DNA of 64,000 nt, from NCBI RefSeq assembly GCF_964188315.1, contig NC_135657.1:310001-374000 (forward strand). The letters run 5' to 3'. Numbering within the stretch: the stretch's first letter is position 1; each line of letters starts with the position of its first letter. This DNA is from Podarcis muralis (Eukaryota). Made by a program: the position numbers and the translations under genes. Positions 55,209-64,000 of the stretch are shown one piece after another. The notes under the pieces were generated by a model. The model was not told the origin of the DNA. It saw only the letters and a list, made by a program, of their open reading frames with translations, and made no database searches.

Positions 55209-55319
55209 AGCTTGCCTGCATTTGATAAGAGAGCCAAGATACTAAGCAGCCGCTTGCTGCCCAACAGGCCCCATCCTGCGCTATGTGCTTGGCAGGGATC
55301 CAGTAGCCCAAGAGGGGGA

Positions 55320-55720
55320 AAGCCTGTTTTCTCCTGCTCTGGAGGACCTGATCCAATGACTTCAAGTTACAAGAAGGAGATTCCAACTAAACATCAGGAA
55401 GAATTTTCTGACAGTAAGAGCTGCTCAACAGTGGAACAGATTCTCACAAGAGGTTGTGGGCTCTCCTTCCTTGGAGGTTTCTAAGCAGAGGTTAGGTGAC
55501 CATCTGTCATGGATGCTTGCTTGCGTTATTTATTTATTTATTATTTTATTTACACCCCACCCATCTGGCTGGGTTTCCCCAGACACTCTGAGTAGCTTAC
55601 AGTACATATAAAACATAGTAAACCTCAAATGTTAAAAGCCTCCTGATACAGGGCTGCCTTCAGATGTCCTCTAACAGTCCGGTAGCTGTTCATTTCCTTG
55701 TCTTTGGATGGGAGGGTGTC
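55320..55720. mobile_element. Adjacent CR1 (+) and L2 (-) 3' fragments
   Basis: Homology to the other CR1 and L2 copies in the window. Confidence 0.7.
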
Positions 55721-56599
55721 AGCTAAGATTCCTTCCTTGCTGGGCTTGGACTAGATGGCCCTTGGGATCCCTTCCAACTCAACTCCATGTGTAGTTGGCA
55801 GGCAGCTGGGGAAGCGTGAGGGGAAAGCCAAGCAAGCGGGTCAGCTCCTTGTTTGTCTCCCCTGGCACAGAAGACTTGGTCAGGAGTAGATGGTCAAAGC
55901 CAAACTGAGAAAAAGGAAGGGGAACGCAATGACCTCTGCCAAGGCAACGCTGCCACTGCCTGGACTGGGTGCTGTCCAAGCTGCTTGGGAAGAAACAACG
56001 GAATGGAGACGATTCCAGGGACCGGGCAGAGATCTGCTTGAAAAGCCCAAGGGGCAAAAGTCCCCAGAAGCCGGATCTGGATGGCGGGGGGGGGGGCTGG
56101 CAGGGGCCAAACTGCGGCAGCTCCTTCCAGCCAATCCCACTCAGTCTCCAGAGGGCTGCAGGGTGCCAACAGCCGTGCCAAAGAGCAGACAGGGAGGAGG
56201 GTGCCAGGCTGGGCCTGCCAGGGCAAGAGGGGCCTGTGCTGGAGCTCCCTCCCCCTGTGCCCCCTCGCATGGGGGTGACCAAAGGGTAAACAAGTGGGCT
56301 GTGTCTGCCCCCCCCCCTTCCTGACACTGTCTGAGCTGCGCTGTGAAACCTGAAGCCAGAGAAACACCATTAGGCACCTGGTGGAAACGCCAGAGGTGGA
56401 CGGGACCCCCCCAGGGGCATCTAGCCACACCTTGCCAGGCGGGCCTTGGGCTGCCGAATAACCTCTGGTCTTTTAAATGTGCGGGGGGGGGGGTATTTAT
56501 TATTTTTATTACTACATTATACTATGTTGTGCTTGTATAGAATCTTAGAGCTGGAAGGGACCCCCCAGGGGCATCTAGGCCAACCCCCTGCAAACTGAC

Positions 56600-57720
56600 C
56601 GGTGATCTTCCGACCAAGGGCGCGATCGACATTTAATAAAGAATCGCAAGCAGTTGAAGGCGCCCCCTCCCCGTCAGCCGCTCTCGGGGGCGCTCGAGTC
56701 TCCCCGCCCCGTCGGCGCCCCCACCAGTCCGCGCTTCCCGAGCCCCGAGCCCAGGCCGCTTCTCTCCGCCGCTGCTCGGGCTGGGCTGCCCTGCTTAGGA
56801 GACCGCGCCAAGCCCGACGCCGGCGCCCATCTCGCCCGGCCGCCCGCCTCTGCCCCCGGAGCGGGTCTGGCTCGGTCCCCTACCTTCTCGGCGGGGCGGA
56901 GGGTGGCCGAAGCCCCTCGGAGGGCGGGCGGGCAGGGGGGCGCTCGCTCGCTCTCCGCCGCGGGGGCTGTTGTGCCGTCGGAAGTGGGCGAAGACGGCGC
57001 GGAGGCACCTTTGGTCAAGCCCAGGGAGGGACCGGGGGGGGGGGGCAGGCCGAGCAGCGGCGGCCCCGCCCCGTCCTCGACCAGCCGACTTCTTCCTCCA
57101 GGCCCCTCTTTCGTGTTCCTCCCGTTCCCCCCTAGTCTTGCCTCTAAAGGACAGGTTTCCTTGAGTGTGTCCAAAGGAGCATCCCGGGAGCCCGCCCCGT
57201 CCTCGCCTTCCTTGCCCTCCGCCCCCTCGGACCCTGCGGAGCTCCGCTCCAGCGAGGCAGCCCCCGTCGGCGCCCTGCTCACTTGGGCCGAGGAAGCAGC
57301 TTCACAAGCAGCGGCTTTGTATTTCCATTTTCCATTATCCTCGACGTTCCAGCTTAGTCTCTCTGGAGAGCCTCGCGGACTGAGGCAGGTCGGGCTGGGC
57401 AGGCGGCGGGGGTCTCCCGCTCCCCGGGGCTCCCGGGGCTGCTCGGCTGGGGGAGGAGGCGGAGGCGTCCCCGCCCCCTGGACGCCTCCCTCCCCACAGG
57501 CCGCGCCCCCGGGACAGGGCTAGAAATGGGAGGGCGAGGCGCCCTTTGACTCCAGGGCGGAGCGCGCGGCCGCTGGGCTGCTGGTTGGAAGCCGGTTGCC
57601 CTTAAAAAGGCATTTTTGTAAATGAGCTGTAATGTTGTTCGAGCTTTTTAAAGTTAATTGTTACATTCTTTTTAGGTGAGAGCAACGCGGGAGCAGGTTC
57701 CTCGCGCAGCAGCCAGACTC
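56600..57720. promoter_or_regulatory. CpG island, probable promoter of the FMO-like gene (possibly bidirectional)
   Basis: CpG-rich; ETS-like CGGAAGTG near 56979; minus-strand donor AG|GTAGGG at 56884/56883. Confidence 0.65.
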
Positions 57721-58699
57721 TCGAAACTGTTCTGAATTTGAAGGGCGCGGGGTGAGAATCTCCCCTGCCCTCATCCAAAGGCCCTGGTTGTCTGGGGAGA
57801 TTTATCCACAGACACTAGCAAATTCAGCTGCTTGAAAGAAACTGGCTGATATAAAATAGGAGAATTCTGTTGTTTAAAAGAAAATGAAAGGGCAGGCGGC
57901 ACGGGCAGCAAGTTGTGGGAGTTGGTAGTGAAGCCTTGCGTGTGACAAATGAGGGGGGAACTCCCCGATTCTTCTTCGGAGGGACCCTTTATCCCCAAGA
58001 GAGAGAGGCTGGACAACAGGCACGAGGGTGCGACTCTGTTTTACTAGAGCGGAGTCAACAGTGCATTGAGGGGCGTCTCCTCCGGGCTCAGGCTCCAAAG
58101 AGGCCGCCCCAAACAATAGAAAGTCTGCTGCTTTTATTCTCTTTTGCTCCATGTCGCTCCTTTCCCACGGTGCCCCCCCCCCCACCTCTTTGCCCTGCAT
58201 TGCCACTGAGCTGGCCTTCAAACCTGGTTCTGAGCAGCCTGGCAGAGCACTGCTTGGGCATTCTGCCTTCCTTATGCCTAATACGGAGGGCTTTTCGCTA
58301 AGTAAGCTTGCCAAAGGTTTCCTTGTCCTAATTATTCAAACTCCGCATTCATTACCCAGTCCTTCTCCTGTCTTCATCTCCTAGAGACACGGGTAACGTG
58401 GCCCAGGGCTCCTTCTTGACTGCATTTAAGGCCTGGCTGCCCCACACTTCCCCAACCGCAGGGAAAATCACCTAGACTGACTTAGGACAGCTGTATCTCT
58501 TTTGGTGGTGGTGTTCTGAAGAACTTTCTTCTCTGCCACTTTAGTTTATAGTGCATGCACCCTTGCTGAAAGGGATTAAGGCATCATTTCTCAGACCCCC
58601 CAAAGCACCTGTTGGGGTGGAATTGCATTTTTCCTAGCCAACAAGGGTCACTGCAATTTGGAGTGCTGCCCAGAATGTGATTGCACAGGAAAACAGGAA

Positions 58700-59434
58700 T
58701 TTGCCCTGTGCTGAGTCCACACACACACTCACACACTACATACGCCACATTTCCGTTATAAATTCATAGAAAATCAACCATACATCGGATTTGCACTGTT
58801 CCATTTTTATTTTACTCCATATGACAAGAACTAACAAAGGGGGGTGGCTTAGTCCTGGTCAGCCATAATCCCTTCACCATCTCAGCACATCTGCAGGAGC
58901 CCTGCCCAGTGGCTGTGCCGACCCTGATGATCCCAGACAGAAGACAATCAAGATCACAAAGAACTTGCATATGGGAGCGGATTCAGCATGGACTGAAACA
59001 AAGGACAATGATCGGATCTTCCCTCTGGGGGCAGGAAACTGCAAACTCCCCTTTGTCTCCTGGAAGGGACTCAAGGGGTAGGGGGGAAAGGAGGACCCAG
59101 CCAGGTGACAAGATACTCAGGTTACCACCAACTCCTCCCTCAACCCCTCCTTTCTGTAATGTATGCATGATGTTTCTGGGGGTGGGCTTGACCTAGAGGA
59201 GGGGAATTTTCAAAAGTTTTTATAAGACCTGGCACACTATTTTTCTTTGTCTTTCCTCTCACCTGCAAGTGAGGGGAGCACCCTGTCGCGACAGTCTTTC
59301 TTCAATAAAGACCAAGCCTACAGGCTGCTGATTTGCTTCAATTTACTCTGGTTGGTGTTGTTATGGCTAAATCTGGGTGCGGGGCTGTAGAATTGATTGA
59401 TTAGCGTGACCTGCTAATTGATTTACGATCCACA
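58700..59434 (+). mobile_element. Probable solo LTR (left boundary uncertain)
   Basis: TATA-like TTTTATAAG at 59218-59226, AATAAA at 59304-59309, ends ...CCACA; no TSD identified. Confidence 0.45.
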
Positions 59435-59445
59435 ATTAGCTCTTT

Positions 59446-62185
59446 ATTGCCGTCCGGCGCGCTTCCCTCAGCTGCGCGATCTCAGCTCCGTCCTCGTCCA
59501 GTCACGCCTCAGCAGAGTGAACACAGCGGTGAAAACTGTCACTTAGCTTCGAGCTTCAGACAAACACACAAAGCCCGGTTTGTCTATAAACAGTCCTTTA
59601 TTCTTCCGACATTCCCCAGAAAACTCCTGGACTCACCGCAGCCATGACAAACTGCGTCCTTCCCTCTCAAAAAACCGAGAGGAAGAGAAAACTCCTCCCA
59701 GCTTCTAAAGCTGACGTCAGAATGCTGAGACATCATGGGAACAACTTAACCTGTTAAGTTCCAAACCCCATACCCCCTCTTGCCGCACATTCTGACAAGA
59801 CCCTTTTGAGTTCAACACCTTTCCCATTGCCTTGTGCCCCTTCCCGGCATCTTTCCCAGGCACCTGTTGAACCCCTTCAACACTCCCAGAATCACACTGT
59901 ACGAACCTTTCCCACGCACCCGTGACCTGATCCCTCTCAGGTGGAACACCCTTTGTGGTCCAAGAAGACCGCCTGGGCACAAACTGAGGTGTTTCATCTG
60001 AACTTCCCTCTGACCCCCTGGGGCCAGCAAGTGTGTCTTCTCCGTCAGATTCTTCCCCCTCTGACTTGACCACCCGTCTGTGAGCTTTCTCCATTACACT
60101 AACCGGAGATGAAGCTTCACACCTGGACACTCCTTTCACAACCCTTGGAGATGCCCAAACCTGCCCTGAACCCTGATCCTGGACTTGGTCCCCATCACCG
60201 GGTTCTGAACCCTGATCCTGGACTTGGTCCCCATCACCGGGATCAGCCTCTGCCTTCTTTTCCTCCCTTTCCTCCTCAGAATCAGACAGACATTCTGAGA
60301 GAAAAACAGGACCATCCCCAGGCCGTGACCAACCACCCTGCTCACAGAACTCAGCATGCTTGCTGACCAGCAGCTTGGTTTGATCACCCTCTGGGTATGC
60401 AAACTTCCACCCATTGGTTGCAGGATCATATCCACAGAAGATCATTTCCTGAACCTTTGGACCACCTGCCTTCCGCTGAGCTGTTGGTACCGGCACGAAA
60501 GCCTTGGACCCAAACATGCGGAAGAAATGCACCTGTGGCTTTTCCCGGTGCAACAGGAAAAACGGTGTTTCCCCTATAACGTGGTTATAGGACCTGTTAA
60601 AAACAAAGTTGGCAGTTTTCCAAGCTTCACTCCAAAAGCTCTGAGGCAGCCCAGAGTCACATAGCAAAACCCTGACAGCTTCAGCCAGTGTTTCACTCCT
60701 GTGCTCTGCCACGCCTCTCCCTTGAGGAGACTTTGCACCCGTCACCTGGTGACGTATTCCCTTTTCCTTGAAAAACTCCTTCAGAGCAGACCCAGTAAAC
60801 TGTGACCCTCGGTCGCTCTTGAACCCTTGCACCCTGGTGGAGAACCTTAGTTCCACCTCCGCAACCCAATCCTGGATCAGTTGCGCCGCCTCCCCCTGTG
60901 ATTTGAGAGAGAAACACCAGCCAACCTGGCTGTGGTCATCTGTCAGCGACAGCACATACCTGGCTCCACCCAGACTCTCACACCTCATGGGTCCTGACAG
61001 ATCTGTGTGAACAAGCTCAAAGGCTTCTTTGGCTACCCTCCCAAACCCGGGAAAACCATGTACCTTTGCACCTTTGCATGCCCTGCACCCTAGGGACCTC
61101 CTCCCACATTTCCGGAGTTTACACCCTTTTGTGCACCTGGGCAACTTCTGCACATCTTCTACACTGGTGTGCAACATTCTCTTGTGCCATAAATGAACAC
61201 ATGAATCATGACTGGGAACCTTAGCACACTGCGCCTGTGCTTTTCCAGCATTCCCACCACCCTCCAGAGGTGTCTCCAGAACAAAGAAATTGTTCTTGCT
61301 TTCCACGTTGACAAGTTGTCTCCCCCCTCTGGAAATGGAACAGGTGTCATTTTCAAAGGAAATTTTGTACCCCTGCTTCAAAAGATCTGGTACAGATAAC
61401 AAACAACAATTCAGTCCCGGCACAACGTAGACCTCTAGCTCCTCCTGTAAAGGAGAAAAAAAATGTTAGCCACATCAGAAACTGATTTTCTTGTTCCGTC
61501 TGCGAACATAACAGTCATTCCAGTTGAAACAGCCCTGCAGTTCCGCATTTCGCCAGCAGGCTTGCTTATCAGGTGACGACTGACAGTAGTATCTAAAACC
61601 CAGCGCGTCACCGTGTCCTGGCTGGAGTTGTTCTTCACAGTTGCCATAGAAGCAGTGATAAGAAAACAACCCTCCCCAGTGTCTGAGCCACGTCCTTCCC
61701 TTGCGTTCCCACGCTGGCCTCCTCTCCGAGACTGATTCCCATGGGAACTCAGCTGGTTGACCTTGGCAAACTTTGCAACATCCTGCCTTGCCTCTCTGCT
61801 CTGGTGGGGGCAATCTCGACGCAAGTGTCCCGTTGAATTACAAACGTAGCAACGGCTACCAGTGGAAAAACACTGCCCGGGGCTCCTTCCAGCTGGCCTG
61901 GCCCTCCTTCTTCCGGAAAAGCACTCCTTGCCAGCTCCGCCCCCTCTGAACCGCCATTCCATTCCAGCACGTACAGTGGAAGACCTTTTTGTTCAGTTTC
62001 TGTTAATTGGTTCTCGTGGGAAACTTGCAGATTCTAGCTTCGCACAATTAACTCAGGCTGGTGTCAATTTACTCTTGGCAGAAAGCCCAGGTCTGCTTGA
62101 CCTAGAAACTACTTACTCTGATTGGTTAACGACCAGCACTCAACTCTGTTATCAAGGGTTTGCTAGCTCAGTTTGAAGTGAGGTG
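59446..62185 (-). mobile_element. Ty1/copia element lacking RT-RNaseH, interrupted in gag by the next element
   Basis: Degraded gag; zinc knuckle CYVCNSTGHLRRDC; degenerate protease WVLDTTVSRH; integrase ORF; PPT AAGAGGGGG at about 59773-59781; 3' LTR about 59446-59770 with AATAAA. Confidence 0.88.
59717..61423 (-). pseudogene. Copia integrase reading frame (568 codons, no ATG start)
   Basis: HHCC (HKRMLH...CRAC); D-D-E (TDLSG, SDRG, VAEH); SH3-like tail; 39-bp tandem duplication at 60166-60241; frameshifted from the upstream gag/PR ORF 61435-61962. Confidence 0.8.
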
Positions 62186-64000
62186 TGTTAGGAGTAGAAG
62201 TGCTGTGTATGGTTTTGAGAGAGAGAAAGAGAGGATTTATTTTGCTTTTATTTGTATGCAGAAACTCTGCTGGTTTTATTTTTCCTTTTAATAAATCCTG
62301 TAAATAGTTATTCTGAGTCTAGCTGACTAGTCATTACCGCCGCAACTAGCTTCTTCGCTGTGCAGGAAAACTCTGCTACGTTTGGGCTAAAGCCAATAGG
62401 GCTATGCCTGACACTTCAAAGTTCCATGAGGTTATGGGCATTGTGCTGCCAGCCTGAGTTGCGGTGGTGTCAGCATCAACAGCGTTGGTTCCAGTAGTTC
62501 CAGAGGTTGTTGTTCCTGGCTGGTTCCTGACCGTGGTGAGCTGGTGACGCAGTGGACTCAAGGACAACAGCTGCAGCGTGTGAGTGCTGGGTGCTGTGGT
62601 TCCTGTTCTCTCTCTCGGTGGTCGTGAGTAGCTGGTTCTGGGTTCCAGGGACATCGCTCTCAAGATGGCCTCACAACCAGTTCAGATGGCTTTTGAGCAT
62701 CTGAATGACTCCAATTACTTGCTGTGGTCGGAACGCATGCAGGCAGTGCTGCAGAGGGATCGTCTCTGGCAAGTGGTGAGTAAGTTTCCTGCGAAGCCTG
62801 ATGATGAAGACCTCGATAAAGACCAAAGAGCAAGGGCCACAATTGTCTTGGGGCTGGAAGATTCCCAGTTGCCGTATGTGAGGGGAATCAAGACAGCTAG
62901 AGGTGTGTGGCAAGCACTTAAAGAACTCCATGTGCGTGAGACAGCAGTTTCCAAGCTGTTCATTCGCAAGGCATTGTACAAGGCAATGTTACAGCCTGGG
63001 GTTACAATGCAGGAACACCTACACAGTTTACAGTTAAAGTTTGCAGCGCTACAGGAAAGAGACTGTGCGTTAGACCAGCAGGAGAAGGTGGCTATTATTT
63101 TGAGTTCTCTCCTGGAAAGCTGGGATAATTTAGTTTTGTCTCTAGAAGGCATGCAGGAGCATGATTTATCAGTCAGTTACGTTACTGGGCGTTTGATTGA
63201 AGAATGGCAGAAGAGGCAAGAAAGGTCGTTTGCTGCAGAGGCTTCTACAGGCGGGCGGTTTGGAAGGAGTTCTCATGCCGTGCCAGAGGTGAAGCAAGAG
63301 CAGCGTACCGGTGAGGAGTCAGCGTTTGCTGTTAGGCGTTGTTTCCGATGTGGGTCCTCAGCGCATCTAAAACGACAATGTCCGGAGTTGGTCAAGTCTC
63401 AGTTGCCGGTGCAGGAGCAGAGACGAGATCAGCAGCAGCAGCAGCATAAAAAGAAATTCTTCAAACGAAAACAGTCGGCTCAGCTGGTGACCGGCGAGGT
63501 CAAGATTGCTGATGAGAAACAAGTGGTCTGGGTGGTCGATTCGGGAGCATCTCGCCACATCGTAAATTCAGATGAATTGTTTGTTTCCAAGAACTCAGCA
63601 CAGCGCAGCCAGGTGGCTCTAGCAGACGGAAGTACTTCCGAAGTGATTTCGGGGGGTGCAGTTTTTGTTCCTTGTCTTCGTGAATGCCTGCAAAATGTAC
63701 TTTGTGTGCCGTCATTAAGGAGCAATCTGATGTCTGTAGATTGTTTGTTAAAAGCTGGGTTTAAAGTGTATTTTGAAGGAGACAGTTGCATTATTAAGAA
63801 GGCTGGTGAGATTTTAGGCACTGCTAAGTCAGAGGGAGGCTTGTTTTGGCTTAAAGCAGGATCTCAAGTTGCAGCAGTAGTCAGTAAATCTCAGCCTGCA
63901 GTGAATAACAAAGCTATACATGACAACTGTGTGCACTTATTGCATAGGAAAATGGGGCATGCTTGCTGGAAAAGTGTACTAAAAATGTCTGAATTGGCTG
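62186..64000 (+). mobile_element. Intact-looking Ty1/copia element: 5' LTR plus gag-pol, continues past the window
   Basis: LTR 62186-62413 (TGTTAGG...CCTGACA, AATAAA near 62290); PBS-like GGTTATGGGC at 62430-62439. Confidence 0.9.
62665..64000 (+). CDS. Copia Gag-Pol polyprotein, N-terminal 445 codons (open to the window end)
   Basis: Translated by hand with no stop: UBN2-type gag (LNDSNYLLWSERM...), CFRCGSSAHLKRQC knuckle, WVVDSGASRHI protease, HLLHRKMGH pre-integrase. Absent from the ORF track, presumably because it has no stop in the window. Confidence 0.92.
   Translation, partial: MASQPVQMAFEHLNDSNYLLWSERMQAVLQRDRLWQVVSKFPAKPDDEDLDKDQRARATIVLGLEDSQLPYVRGIKTARGVWQALKELHVRETAVSKLFIRKALYKAMLQPGVTMQEHLHSLQLKFAALQERDCALDQQEKVAIILSSLLESWDNLVLSLEGMQEHDLSVSYVTGRLIEEWQKRQERSFAAEASTGGRFGRSSHAVPEVKQEQRTGEESAFAVRRCFRCGSSAHLKRQCPELVKSQLPVQEQRRDQQQQQHKKKFFKRKQSAQLVTGEVKIADEKQVVWVVDSGASRHIVNSDELFVSKNSAQRSQVALADGSTSEVISGGAVFVPCLRECLQNVLCVPSLRSNLMSVDCLLKAGFKVYFEGDSCIIKKAGEILGTAKSEGGLFWLKAGSQVAAVVSKSQPAVNNKAIHDNCVHLLHRKMGHACWKSVLKMSELA

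Noticed and set aside
59717-61423. Domesticated integrase gene
   Set aside because: No ATG, retains PPT and LTR, upstream gag/protease is decayed and frameshifted; best explained as a TE relic

Overview
Vertebrate genomic DNA, GC-rich and gene-dense. The Sauria/Squam SINE variants point to a squamate, most likely a lacertid lizard (inference). The gene content matches human 2p23.3 (ZNF512/GPN1). Left to right: an intronless DUF4515 coiled-coil gene (CCDC121/CCDC166-like, +), a SPATA31/FAM205-like ORF (-), ZNF512 (-, 11 exons mapped confidently plus a tentative start exon), GPN1 (+, 14 exons, one U12-type intron) head-to-head with ZNF512 on a CpG island, an ST6GAL-family sialyltransferase (+, 6 coding exons), an intronless LPAR6/P2Y5-like GPCR (+) and a soluble FMO-family monooxygenase (-, 5 coding exons). 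Between and within the genes lie L1, L2, CR1, RTE, Penelope-like elements, SINEs, MITEs, Gypsy-like solo LTRs and two nested Ty1/copia elements. The most unusual signals are: (i) a palindromic Penelope-derived cluster with four intact minimal hammerhead-ribozyme cores in the sialyltransferase intron; (ii) a squamate SPATA31-like gene near the SPATA31H1 syntenic position; (iii) a solo LTR whose U3 is one open reading frame; (iv) three genes with no human counterpart at this locus, including an LPAR6-like receptor lacking most LPA-binding basic residues. No database searches were run; family calls rest on recalled motifs and hand-mapped splice sites. TE boundaries without TSD/TIR support are approximate.
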